Positions 37,747 to 47,410 are shown, counted from the stretch's first letter. The stretch is DNA of 64,000 nt from Vulcanimicrobiota bacterium (GCA_963733295.1 CAVTCS010000003.1:1472001-1536000), one strand, 5' to 3'. Made by a program: numbers and translations. The notes: generated from the letters alone by a model not told the origin.

Positions 37747-38987
37747 CGGCTGCCTCCCGCAGAAAGCTCCGGCGCCGGGACGCTACCCCGGCCGAGCCGG
37801 AACGAGTCGTGAATCGCTTGCTCCGCGCGTGCGACATCCTCCTCGGCCACGAGCACGGAGATCGTGATGTTCGAGTCCGTCGAGTGAATGATCTCGATAC
37901 CGGCGTCGTTGAGCGCGTGAACCACGCGGTACATGACGCCCGGCGTACCGCGCATTCCCGCGCCGACGATCGAGATCTTGCCGCAGTGCATGCGCACCCG
38001 CACCGCGAGATTGAGATCCCCGAGCTCGCGCCGTACCGCGTCGACTTTTTCGCTGTCGCAGATGAAAAAGATGCCGGCGTTGTTGACGTTGATCATGTCG
38101 ACCGAAACGTCTCTCTCGGCGAGCCGGCGGAACGCTTCGAGCTCCAGTGCGCTGCGCGCCTCGGCATCGTCGATGTCGCCCTGAATGATGCGCACGAACG
38201 TCACGTCGCGTAGCGCGGTCACCCCGCTGACGGGGTGCAACGAATCGGGGCGTGCCCCTTCATCGATCGTCGTGCCGAAATTACTGCGCAGACCCTTGAC
38301 CACGTACGGAGTGTTCGTCAGCCGGGCGTATTCGGCCGCGTTCGCGTGCATCACTTTCGCGCCGTCGGCGGCCAGTTCGACCATCTCGGCGTAGTTGACG
38401 CGATCGACGGTGTGCGCGCCCGCGATGCGCCGCGGATCGCCGGTCATGACGCCGCTGACGTCGGTAAAAATCTCGACGGCCTCGGATTCGAGGGCGTCGC
38501 CGAGGGCGATCGCAGTCAGATCGCTTCCGCCGCGGCCGAGCGTGGTGACCGCACCGCCGGCCGTAACGCCTTGGAATCCGGCAATCACCGGAATGACGCC
38601 GCGTACGAGCAACTCGCGAATGTTGGACGGATCGACGTGCAGGATCTTGGCGTCGCCGAACGTGTCGTCCGTGACGATCCCGGCCTGCGCGCCGGTCATC
38701 GCTTGCGCGTCGGCGCCCCAGGAGGTCAGGAGCTCGGCAAAGATCGCGCAGGCGATCGATTCGCCGCACGAGAGCAACAGGTCGCGATTGGCGCCGCCGC
38801 GGCTCGGCCCCAACAAAGCCAAGAGCGAATCGGTGGCGTACGGTTCGGGAGCACGTCCTATCGCCGAGCAGATGACGACCGGCGAAGCGCCGCGTGCCCG
38901 CGCCTCGAGAACGCGTGAGGCCGCGATCTCGCGCAGCTCCGCCGATGCGAGCGACGACCCGCCGAATTTCTGAACGATCGTCTTAAT
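37743..38987 (-). CDS. Aspartate kinase (ATT start required)
   Basis: KTIVQKFGGSS, TLGRGGSD, TDVSGV motifs, C-terminal ACT domains. In-frame TGA four codons before the ATT. Confidence 0.93.
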   Translation of the reverse strand: MKTIVQKFGGSSLASAELREIAASRVLEARARGASPVVICSAIGRAPEPYATDSLLALLGPSRGGANRDLLLSCGESIACAIFAELLTSWGADAQAMTGAQAGIVTDDTFGDAKILHVDPSNIRELLVRGVIPVIAGFQGVTAGGAVTTLGRGGSDLTAIALGDALESEAVEIFTDVSGVMTGDPRRIAGAHTVDRVNYAEMVELAADGAKVMHANAAEYARLTNTPYVVKGLRSNFGTTIDEGARPDSLHPVSGVTALRDVTFVRIIQGDIDDAEARSALELEAFRRLAERDVSVDMINVNNAGIFFICDSEKVDAVRRELGDLNLAVRVRMHCGKISIVGAGMRGTPGVMYRVVHALNDAGIEIIHSTDSNITISVLVAEEDVARAEQAIHDSFRLGRGSVPAPELSAGGSR

Positions 38988-39010
38988 GCTCGGACCTCAC
39001 GCCAACGCTC

Positions 39011-40042
39011 CTAGGAGGCTTGCGCGCGCAAGGCCGGACGCCGCCCGGCGATGCCGCGCTCCACGAGGAGTTCGAGGATCTGGACGGCGTTGGTCGCCGC
39101 GCCTTTCCGCGTCTGATCGCCGACGATCCAGAGCTGGAAGTGCCGGCGCGAATCGCCTTCCGCGCGCAGCCGCCCGACGTGGACGCGGTCCTGACCCTCG
39201 ACCTCGCGCGGCGTCACGATGCCTTGGCCGTGAAAGACGATGCCCGGTGCTTTTTCGAGGGCCGCGCCGAGTTCGGCGACGTCGGTCTCTCGCTCGGTCT
39301 CGACGAAGACCGCTTCGCTGTGCGCGAAACGGATCGGAACGCGAACCGTCGTCGCCGCGACGTGCAAATCTGCCAGACCGAGGATCTTGCGCGTTTCCTC
39401 GACGACCTTGCGCTCTTCGCCGGAGTCGCCGCGTTCGTCGAACGAACCGACTTGCGGAATCACGTTGCGAAAGATCGGCGCGGTGAACGGTGAATCCCCG
39501 CCGGCTTCGCTGCGCGCACCTTCGGTTCGTTCCTCGTAGTCGAGCCTCTCGAGACCGGCGCGGCCCGCGCCGCTCACGGCTTGATACGTCGCGACGCGCA
39601 CGCTGCGCAGTCCGCTCGTCCGCTCGATGGGCGCGATGCCCATCGTGAGAACGATCGCCGTGCAGTTGGCGACCGGAAAAATGCGATGGTTCTCGCGAAC
39701 GGCGTCGGCATTCACCTCGGGAACGACGAGCGGCACGTCCGGCGCCATGCGGAACGTTGCGCTGTTGTCGATGACGACCGCGCCCCCGTCGAGACAAGGT
39801 TGCGTCAGTTCGGCGCTGGCGTCGTCGCTCGACGCAAAGAAGACGGCGTCGTACGCGCCATCGTGGAGCGCCTGCGGCGTTGCGGCGGCGATCGGCCTGC
39901 CTTCCCCGCGGAAGACGACCGGATCGGGACGGGCGCGCGATGCGTAGGCGTCCAATCGGTCAATCGCGATCGCGCGCGTCTCGAGAACGCGCAAGATCGT
40001 TTCACCGACGATCCCGGTTACGCCGACCACCGCTACCTTCAC
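39011..40042 (-). CDS. asd: Aspartate-semialdehyde dehydrogenase
   Basis: VVGVTGIVG, IDNSATFRM, PEVN, NCT, YQAVSGAG, KGAATN motifs. Confidence 0.95.
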   Translation of the reverse strand: MKVAVVGVTGIVGETILRVLETRAIAIDRLDAYASRARPDPVVFRGEGRPIAAATPQALHDGAYDAVFFASSDDASAELTQPCLDGGAVVIDNSATFRMAPDVPLVVPEVNADAVRENHRIFPVANCTAIVLTMGIAPIERTSGLRSVRVATYQAVSGAGRAGLERLDYEERTEGARSEAGGDSPFTAPIFRNVIPQVGSFDERGDSGEERKVVEETRKILGLADLHVAATTVRVPIRFAHSEAVFVETERETDVAELGAALEKAPGIVFHGQGIVTPREVEGQDRVHVGRLRAEGDSRRHFQLWIVGDQTRKGAATNAVQILELLVERGIAGRRPALRAQAS

Positions 40043-40809
40043 GAACCGTCCTCTTTCATAAAACCGTCCAGTCCCACAATCAGTTCTCGCCGGTTGCGGA
40101 CCTCGCGGACGGCGAGCAAGATGCCTGCCGCAAACGATTCGCGCGAGAGCGAGTCGTGCCGGATCGTCAGCACCTCGCCGTCGCCGCCAAACAGCACTTC
40201 CTGGTGGGCGACGAGACCGCGCAAGCGCACGCTGTGGATCGGAACTTCGTTTCGACGCGCGCCCCCTTCTATCCGGCGGGCCGTGAGCTTAGCGGTGCCG
40301 CTCGGCGCGTCGAGCTTCCGGTCGTGGTGCAGTTCGATGATCTCGGCCGTCGGGAAATAACGGGCCGCTTCCTCGGCAAAACGCATCATCAGCACGGCTC
40401 CGAGCGCGAAATTCGGGATCAGCGCGGCGCCCACGCCGCGGGTCCGGCAGTGCTCGGCAAGACCGCGCTCGTCGTCTTCGGTCCAGCCGCTCGCCCCGAC
40501 GACCGGCGAAACCCCCTGACCGACTGCTCGGCGCGCGATGGCCACGGTCGCCGGATAGAGCGTGAAGTCGACGATGACCTGGGGCTCTACCGCGTCGATC
40601 AGCGTGTCGATCTCGGCGTAGATCGACCCGGACGGCCGCGTAAGATTCAGGATCGGCTGGAGCGGCTCACCGATGCGCGCGCGCGCGAAGCCGCCGACGA
40701 GCTCGAGGTCGAGCGCCGAATCGATCGCGTGGCAAGCTACCCGCCCCATTCGTCCGAGCGCACCCGCCACCGCAACGCGCAGGCGCGCGGCGCGGGCGGT
40801 CTCGACCAG
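40039..40809 (-). CDS. dapB: 4-hydroxy-tetrahydrodipicolinate reductase (possible CTG start)
   Basis: RVAVAGALGRMG, PNFALG, ELHHDRKLDAPSGTA, HSVRLRG motifs. Confidence 0.93.
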   Translation of the reverse strand: MVETARAARLRVAVAGALGRMGRVACHAIDSALDLELVGGFARARIGEPLQPILNLTRPSGSIYAEIDTLIDAVEPQVIVDFTLYPATVAIARRAVGQGVSPVVGASGWTEDDERGLAEHCRTRGVGAALIPNFALGAVLMMRFAEEAARYFPTAEIIELHHDRKLDAPSGTAKLTARRIEGGARRNEVPIHSVRLRGLVAHQEVLFGGDGEVLTIRHDSLSRESFAAGILLAVREVRNRRELIVGLDGFMKEDGS

Positions 40810-40811
40810 AG

Positions 40812-42971
40812 CTAAACCTTCTCGAGCGGAGCGTACTTGAGCATGACCATCTTCTGCCCGACGTTCGGGAAGTTGATGGTCAGCAGACCGTCACCGCCGG
40901 CACCCGTTACCGCAGCAACGAGCCCCTCGCCCCACTTCGGATGACGCACGCGGTCGCCGGGTTGGAGACCCAAGTGGATTCCGGCACCCGCGGTTTCGTG
41001 AATCGAGACCTCGCGCCAGCGTCCACCGGCCGGACGCGGAAGCGGCGCGACGCCGCCGAGCACTTCGACGCTCGGCATCTCGTCCAAGAAGCGCGAGCGC
41101 TGGTGTGCGAACGTGTTCCCATAGAGCGTGCGGCGCATCGCGTACGAGAGGTAGAGCCGATCCATTGCGCGGGTCACGCCGACGTAGGCGAGACGGCGCT
41201 CTTCTTCGAGCTCCGCCATGTCGTTTTGGGCGCGCTGGTTAGGGAAAACGCCCTCCTCCAGCCCGGTCAGGAAGACGATCGGCGATTCGAGCCCCTTGGC
41301 CGCGTGCATCGTCATCAGCGTGACGAACGACGAGTCCGGGTCGAGCGTATCCAGATCGCTGATCAACGCGATGTCCGAGAGGAACTGATCGAGCGAACTG
41401 TCGCTTTCCCGGCCCTCGAATTCGCGCGCGACGCCGATCAGCTCTTGCAGGTTCTCCAGACGCGAGCGGGCGTCGCTCGTGTCTTCGTTCTGCAGTTCGC
41501 GGATGTAACCCGATTCTTCCATGACGGCGACCAGCAAGTCCGAAATCGAAAGCTGCTCGACGCGCGAGCGCAGGTCGGTGATCAGCTCGGCGAAGCGCTC
41601 GAGCTCCTTCTGCTTCTTCGGCACGGCGCGGCGCAGCATTTCCTTGTCGAAGATCGTCTGACCGACGGAAACGCCGGCGCTGTTGGCCGCATCGACCAAG
41701 CTGGCCAGGGTTTGCTGCCCGATGCTGCGGCGCGGAACGTTGACGATGCGCCGGAAGGCGACCGCATCCGAGGGGTTCACGATGTAGCGCAGGTACGCCA
41801 TCATGTCCTTGACTTCGGTGCGCGCGTAAAATCCGACGCCGCCCACGACGCGATAGGGAATGCCTTCGCTCAGCAGGGTCTCTTCGAAGACGCGCGACTG
41901 GGCGTTGGTACGGTAGAGCGTTAGAAAGTCGCGATAGGCGGCTCCATCGCGTACGTGCTCTTTGATTTTCTCGACGACGTAGCGCGCTTCCATGCGTTCG
42001 GTCTCGGCACCGTAGGCGGTGACCGGTTCGCCGGCCGCGCGCTTCGTGAAGAGCACCTTGGCCGAACGCGACTGGTTGTTGAGGACCAGCTCGTTAGCGA
42101 CGTTCAGGATCGCTTCGGTGCTGCGGTAGTTCTCCTCGAGCTTGAAGATTTTCGCACCCGGAAAATCCTCTTCGAAGCGCAGGATGTTCTTGTAATCGCT
42201 GCCACGCCACGAATAGATCGACTGATCGTCGTCGCCGACGACGGTCAGGTTCTTGTGCTCTTCCGCCAAGATCGCACAGAGGCGGTATTGCGCGAAGTTG
42301 ACGTCCTGGTACTCGTCGACCAGGATGTACCGGAATTTGTTCTGATAGCGCGTGCGCACTTCTTCGTCTTGCTCGAGCAGACGAACCGTCTGCGAGATCA
42401 GATCGTCGAAGTCGAGGCCGTTGCTCTCGCGCAGACGCCGGTCGTACTCGCGATAGACTTTGGCCATCCGTTCGCCGAAGAACGACGTGTTCTGCGACTC
42501 GTACTTGTCGGGCGAGAGCAGCGCGTTCTTGGCCTTGCTGATCTCATCGAGGGCTGCGCCGGGGGAGATCTGACGCTCGTCGTAGTCGAGATCGTGCAGC
42601 ACGTCGCGCACGATCGCACGCTGATCCGTATCGTCCATGATTGCGAAGTTGGACGCAATGCCGATGCGCTTGCCGTCGCGGCGCAAAATGCGCACGCAGA
42701 CGGAATGGAAGGTTCCGACCCAGAGTTCGCGCGCCTTGGAGCCGATCATCGCTTCGAGACGAGACTTCATCTCGCTCGCCGCCTTGTTCGTGAAGGTTAC
42801 GGCGAGGATGCGATCCGGGAAGACACTTTTTTCGCTGAGGAGGTAGGCGATCCGGTGAGTGAGGACTCGGGTCTTGCCGCTTCCGGCACCTGCAAAAATG
42901 AGGACAGGCCCTTCGGTCTGCTCGACAGCATTCCGTTGGACCTCACTAAGAGCGTCAGTTTGGACAATCAT
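40812..42971 (-). CDS. pcrA: ATP-dependent DNA helicase PcrA/UvrD
   Basis: AGAGSGKT, DEYQD, GDDDQSIY, ENYRS, HAAKGLE, EEERRLAYV motifs; C-terminal tudor-like domain. Confidence 0.96.
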   Translation of the reverse strand: MIVQTDALSEVQRNAVEQTEGPVLIFAGAGSGKTRVLTHRIAYLLSEKSVFPDRILAVTFTNKAASEMKSRLEAMIGSKARELWVGTFHSVCVRILRRDGKRIGIASNFAIMDDTDQRAIVRDVLHDLDYDERQISPGAALDEISKAKNALLSPDKYESQNTSFFGERMAKVYREYDRRLRESNGLDFDDLISQTVRLLEQDEEVRTRYQNKFRYILVDEYQDVNFAQYRLCAILAEEHKNLTVVGDDDQSIYSWRGSDYKNILRFEEDFPGAKIFKLEENYRSTEAILNVANELVLNNQSRSAKVLFTKRAAGEPVTAYGAETERMEARYVVEKIKEHVRDGAAYRDFLTLYRTNAQSRVFEETLLSEGIPYRVVGGVGFYARTEVKDMMAYLRYIVNPSDAVAFRRIVNVPRRSIGQQTLASLVDAANSAGVSVGQTIFDKEMLRRAVPKKQKELERFAELITDLRSRVEQLSISDLLVAVMEESGYIRELQNEDTSDARSRLENLQELIGVAREFEGRESDSSLDQFLSDIALISDLDTLDPDSSFVTLMTMHAAKGLESPIVFLTGLEEGVFPNQRAQNDMAELEEERRLAYVGVTRAMDRLYLSYAMRRTLYGNTFAHQRSRFLDEMPSVEVLGGVAPLPRPAGGRWREVSIHETAGAGIHLGLQPGDRVRHPKWGEGLVAAVTGAGGDGLLTINFPNVGQKMVMLKYAPLEKV

Positions 42972-43057
42972 CAGACGGTAACTATTCGCCGCGGACGGCC
43001 TATGCGCCTCGGCGCAACCTGACGGTTACGCGGCGCGCCCAGGAACCTCGGGATTCT

Positions 43058-44117
43058 CTAGCGCGCGATGCGCAGGACGTTGCGGGACGGCTGCGCGACG
43101 GCGAGCGCGCTCGCGAGGTACGCGAGGGTCGATTCGGCCCCCATGTTCTCGTTGACCCAGTTCCGTTCGAGTCCATCGCGGCAACCGGCGCCGCGCACGA
43201 CCTCGAGCTGCTCCGAGTTGCTCCCGTGGAACCAACCGAAGGCCGATTCCGCGGTGCGCAAATAGCGCAGTAGGCCGGTTAAACCGTAGGCTTCGAGGCA
43301 CGCGTCGACCATCGCGGCGGCTTCGAGCGGCTGCTGCCCGAAGCGCGCACGCTCGCCACCGCGTGCGTACCAGCCGTCGTTTCCGATCGGAATAAACACG
43401 CCCTCGTCGACGACGACCGACTCGTAGAAGTTCAGCGTGCGGAGGCCCGCCTCGACCCAGCCGCGTTCGTCAAGCACCGAACCTATTCGGAGAAGCGCCT
43501 CAGGCAAGCGAGCATTGTCGTAGGTCATCCGCTCTTCGAACCAGTCCCAGCCGTCGCAGCGAACGGCGTTGCGGCGGTCGATGAGATCCTGCGCGATCGA
43601 GCGCAGAGCTGCTTCGATGCCGGCGTGCCGCCGGTCTACGGCTTCGAACGCATGCGTGAGTCCGATGCCGGCGTATGCGCGGGCGCGCAAGTGGTTCATA
43701 CCCACGACGTTGGGAAGCGCCCGCTCCAGCATGCGGCGGCAAACGTCCCGCCACTCGTCGCGCGGCGCATAACGCATTCCATAGCCGAGCGCCCAGATCG
43801 CGCGGCCGTTCGCATCTTCAGTTCCGCGTCTCGTCGAGCCAGGTCCGATCGTAGGCCATGAAGTTCCGGAAGATGCCGTCCTGGCGCTGGGCGTGGTGGA
43901 GGAAGGCGAGGTAGATCCGGCCCAGCCGGACCGCCGGCTCGCGCAAGCGGTCGTACTGCGCTGCCGCGACGGCGACGAGAAATGCCCGCGACACGTCGTC
44001 GGTGCAGTAGCCGGTTTCCCGGTTCGGCAGATCGGTGACCGCATGCTGAATCACGCCGACGTCGTCGCTCAACGCGATCAGGTGGTCGAGCGAGGGCGGC
44101 TGGAGCGTAGGGCGCAT
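43058..44117 (-). pseudogene. Glycosyltransferase-associated helical-barrel protein, frameshifted near 43830
   Basis: N-terminal half (GVIQHA..GYCTDD..FRNFMAY) and C-terminal half (EDANGRAIWALG..YDNARLP..QQPLEA..GAEST) are in different frames. Removing one base gives WLDERGTED. Confidence 0.75.
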
Positions 44118-44118
44118 C

Positions 44119-45327
44119 CTAGGCTGGTCGCACCAATTCGGTTGCTTCGAAAACCTCAGGAACCAGCTCCGCAAAGACCCGCCCGTAGCCCTTCGCCACT
44201 TGGGGCCAGGTCATCTGCCGCCCAAAGCGATAGGCGCGTCGCTCGGTCGCGCGGCGGAGCCAGCGGTCGTCCAGCAACTCGAGGACGGCGTCCCCTAGCG
44301 CTTCGGGATCGTGGAACGGCGTCAGGAAACCGCGCTGGTGCGCGAGCAACTCCATGGCGTACAAGTACGGCGTCGAAACGATCGCCTTGCCCAATCCCAC
44401 CGCATACGCCAGCGTTCCGCTCACGATCTGCACCGGGTTCGTGTACGGCGTCAAATAGATGTCGGTCGCGCCCAAATAACTGACCAGCTCGTCGAACTCG
44501 AGATAACGATCGACCAGCGAAACGTTGTTTTGCAACCCGAAATCGGCCACCATCTGCACGAGCGACTCGCGATACGATTCGCCTTCGTTACGGCGCACGC
44601 CCGGATGCGTTTGCCCCAGGATCAAGTAGAGCGCTTCGGGATGGCGCTTGACGACTTTGCGCATCGCTTGGATCCCGTACTCGAGACCCTTGCCGCGACT
44701 GATCAAACCGAACGTCGAGATGACCATGCGCTGTCCAACGCCGAACGACGCTTTCAGCGCGTCGGTCGAACGGAAGGGAACGTCCGGAACGCCGTGATGA
44801 ATCACGTGCGTTTTGTCGGGGTCTGCGCCGTACGTGTTGACGAGGATATCTTTGCCCGTCTGCGACAGCACGACGACGGCATCCGAGAGATCGCAAATGC
44901 GACGCGCGACTTCGCGATGCGCCGGCGACGGATCGGGCAGCACGGTGTGCAACGAAGTGACCGCCGGCTTCTCGAGGTCCTCGAGGAAATCCAGGAACCA
45001 CGAGCCGTCCGGTCCACCGAAGAGTCCGTACTCGTGCTGGATATTCACGAGACCCGCGGGGTCGTCGTTCGCGAACATTGCCGCACGCCGGTACGACGCG
45101 CGATCCTCTTGCGAGAGACGCGCGATGACGCCTGACTTGTAGTTGCGGATCTCGCCCCCAGGCTCGTCGATCGCGATCACGCCGCTCGTAATCCCAAATG
45201 CGCGGTCGAAGCTGTCGACCACGTCCTTCGTGAATGTGGCGATGCCGCACTCTCGCGGCGGAAACGATCCGACGAAGAGCGTACGCGGTGGCCGTGGGTT
45301 CAGATTAGCGGGCGCTAGTTCCAGCAA
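44119..45327 (-). CDS. Glycosyltransferase family 4
   Basis: PPRECGIATF, QHEYGLFGG, SGTLAYA, STPYLYA motifs. Confidence 0.9.
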   Translation of the reverse strand: MLELAPANLNPRPPRTLFVGSFPPRECGIATFTKDVVDSFDRAFGITSGVIAIDEPGGEIRNYKSGVIARLSQEDRASYRRAAMFANDDPAGLVNIQHEYGLFGGPDGSWFLDFLEDLEKPAVTSLHTVLPDPSPAHREVARRICDLSDAVVVLSQTGKDILVNTYGADPDKTHVIHHGVPDVPFRSTDALKASFGVGQRMVISTFGLISRGKGLEYGIQAMRKVVKRHPEALYLILGQTHPGVRRNEGESYRESLVQMVADFGLQNNVSLVDRYLEFDELVSYLGATDIYLTPYTNPVQIVSGTLAYAVGLGKAIVSTPYLYAMELLAHQRGFLTPFHDPEALGDAVLELLDDRWLRRATERRAYRFGRQMTWPQVAKGYGRVFAELVPEVFEATELVRPA

Positions 45328-45418
45328 GTAAATTCCTCGCGTGCTTTCTTCTCGAGAAATTACCCGTTAATGAGAACGGCAAACCAGGAGAACGGTAGCA
45401 GACCGATGGGATATTCAT

Positions 45419-46468
45419 CTAGATGTTCGCGACTTCATGGGCAGAAAGCCTTGAATCAGGGGCAACCGTGGTGCCGGAATCTATTTCCACCTGATGTCCG
45501 ATGACCGATCCGGTGCCGATTTGCGCGCCGGTTCCGACGTGGACCCGATCGGCAAGAATCGCACCATCGATTTCGGCATCGGCATCGACGACGACGTCGT
45601 CCCAGAGAACCGAATCACGCACGATTGCACCTGGACCGATTTTCACGCGTGCACCGAGAATCGCGTAGGGGCCAACTGTTGCACTCTCGTCGATTTCGGA
45701 GTCCTCTCCGACATAACTCGGCTTGCGCACGTTGGAGGGCGGCTCAGTGAGCATTCCGAGGCTCAGTTTGCCGTCAAGCACGTCGCGGTGCGCTTGAACG
45801 TACTGCTCGGGCCGCCCCACGTCGAGCCAATAGTCGTTCGTGGTGTATGCGTAAAACCGCTCACCGGCCGCGATTAGTTGCGGGAACGTCTGCCGCTCGA
45901 TTGAGACTTTTCCCGGGGGGATGGCATCCAGGACCGCGCGCTCCAGGAGATAGGTGCCCGCATTGATCTCGTTGCTGGGCTCCTGGCCCCGAGGCGGCTT
46001 CTCGACGAACGCCGAGATTTTGCCGTCCGCGTCGTGAACGACGCAACCAAAGGCCGAGGGGTCGTCGACCCGTATCAGATGCAGAGTTCCCAGTCCGCCT
46101 TTGCGGCGGTGGTACTCGAGCATTCCACGGAGATCGAGGCCGGTGAGAATGTCTCCATTTAAAACGAAGAACGCGCCGGTGATAAGGTGCGAAACGTTGC
46201 GCAGCGCGCCGGCTGTTCCGAGGGGACTCTCCTCGACGACGTACGCTAGGTGCACCCCGAGGCGCGAGCCGTCGCCGAAACGATCCTCGATCGCCTGCGG
46301 CAGATAGCCCGCGGCGAGGATCACGTCGTCGACCCCGGCCGCGTGCAGCCGCTCGATCGTGCGTTCCAAGAACGGCACTCCGAGCAGCGGGACCATCGGC
46401 TTGGGCGTGCCGTAGGTCAGCGGGCGGAGCCGGGTGCCCTCACCACCGACGAGGATAACAGCCTGCAA
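45419..46468 (-). CDS. NDP-sugar synthase (mannose-1-phosphate guanylyltransferase-like)
   Basis: ILVGGEGTRLRPLT..PKP, LNGD, EKP, WLDVG motifs; hexapeptide repeats. Confidence 0.9.
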   Translation of the reverse strand: MQAVILVGGEGTRLRPLTYGTPKPMVPLLGVPFLERTIERLHAAGVDDVILAAGYLPQAIEDRFGDGSRLGVHLAYVVEESPLGTAGALRNVSHLITGAFFVLNGDILTGLDLRGMLEYHRRKGGLGTLHLIRVDDPSAFGCVVHDADGKISAFVEKPPRGQEPSNEINAGTYLLERAVLDAIPPGKVSIERQTFPQLIAAGERFYAYTTNDYWLDVGRPEQYVQAHRDVLDGKLSLGMLTEPPSNVRKPSYVGEDSEIDESATVGPYAILGARVKIGPGAIVRDSVLWDDVVVDADAEIDGAILADRVHVGTGAQIGTGSVIGHQVEIDSGTTVAPDSRLSAHEVANI

Positions 46469-46654
46469 AGAATCTCCCTAAAGGTAAGCTTCGGACAGAG
46501 ACTCTTCGGTATTGCCCAGGTCAGGTGCTTTCAAAGCGAGGGCAACGCGTGATTGCGTGATTGGCAGATTCTCAGGCCGTCGATTGGCATTCATGCCACG
46601 ATCGCTGCGCACTCGAACGACCGGCAAACAAAAAGGAGTTCGGTTACCTTGAGT

Positions 46655-46668
46655 CGAACATACGTTCG
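46655..46668. promoter_or_regulatory. LexA/SOS (Cheo-type) box
   Basis: CGAACATACGTTCG matches CGAAC-RNRY-GTTCG exactly. It lies between a TACCTT -10-like hexamer (46645-46650) and the GTG at 46669. Confidence 0.7.
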
Positions 46669-47239
46669 GTGTCGCGGCTAAGGATAAATTGGCCGGAAGT
46701 GCAGCGTTTTCACGACGCCGGGAACGATAGAAACGCCTGCTGCGCCAAATTCGGGTTCACGATGGGAGTCTGGTACCGGGCGATGTACCGTGGCCGCATT
46801 CGGCCGCAGCCTTGCCACATAAAGCGGTATAACTGGGTAGCGGTGCAGGCGTTCTACGACGAAGGACACACGTTCGAGGAGTGCATAGCGCGCTTCGGCT
46901 TCTGCCGAGCGAGCTGGTCGAAATCGGTGAAGGCCGGCCGGATGATGCCGCGGCCGCAGCGCAAGCCGCTCCACGTCATCTTAAACTCGCGCCACAGGTG
47001 CACGATCAAGAGACGCTTGCTAGAGGCTGGTATACTCAAAAACGTCTGTTCCGAGTGCGGGATCAGCGAGTGGAGGGGCAAGCCCCTGTCCATCCAAATC
47101 GACCACGTCAACGGCGTCCGAGACGACCACCGCATCGAAAATCTGCGGATGCTCTTGTCCCAACTGCCACAGCCAAACCGAAACGTTCGCCGCAAAGAAT
47201 AGCTATAGAACTAAACTAAAACGATCCCGGGTAGCTTAA
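46669..47239 (+). pseudogene. HNH endonuclease with two N-terminal repeats; one extra base near 47155
   Basis: CSEC..IDHVNG..DHRIENLRML, then CPNCHSQT continues in the +1 frame. The corrected stop is at 47237-47239. Confidence 0.75.
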
Positions 47240-47300
47240 TTGGCGGAGCACCTGACTCTGAATCAGGGGGTTGGTGGTTCGAGTCCACCCCCGGGAGCCA
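47225..47300 (+). tRNA. tRNA-Gln (CTG)
   Basis: Cloverleaf: TCCCGGG acceptor, CCTGA-CT-CTG-AA-TCAGG anticodon arm, GTTCGAGTCC T-arm, CCA end. Confidence 0.95.
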
Positions 47301-47306
47301 AGACAT

Positions 47307-47379
47307 GGCCCTATCGTCTAGAGGCCTAGGACGCCGCCCTCTCACGGCGGTAACACGGGTTCGAATCCCGTTGGGGCTA
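47307..47379 (+). tRNA. tRNA-Glu (CTC), CCA not encoded
   Basis: GGCCCTA/TGGGGCT acceptor, CCGCC-CT-CTC-AC-GGCGG anticodon arm, GGTTCGAATCC T-arm. Confidence 0.93.
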
Positions 47380-47385
47380 AACTCG

Positions 47386-47410
47386 AAACCGCGTAACCAC
47401 GCGGTTTTTT
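47386..47410 (+). terminator. Rho-independent terminator after the tRNAs
   Basis: AAACCGCGT-AACC-ACGCGGTTT followed by a T run. Confidence 0.8.

Noticed and set aside
46561..47300. HNH gene as an IscB/Cas9-like RNA-guided nuclease
   Set aside because: Only ~190 aa, with no RuvC, PLMP or bridge-helix motifs and no room for an omega-RNA or CRISPR array.
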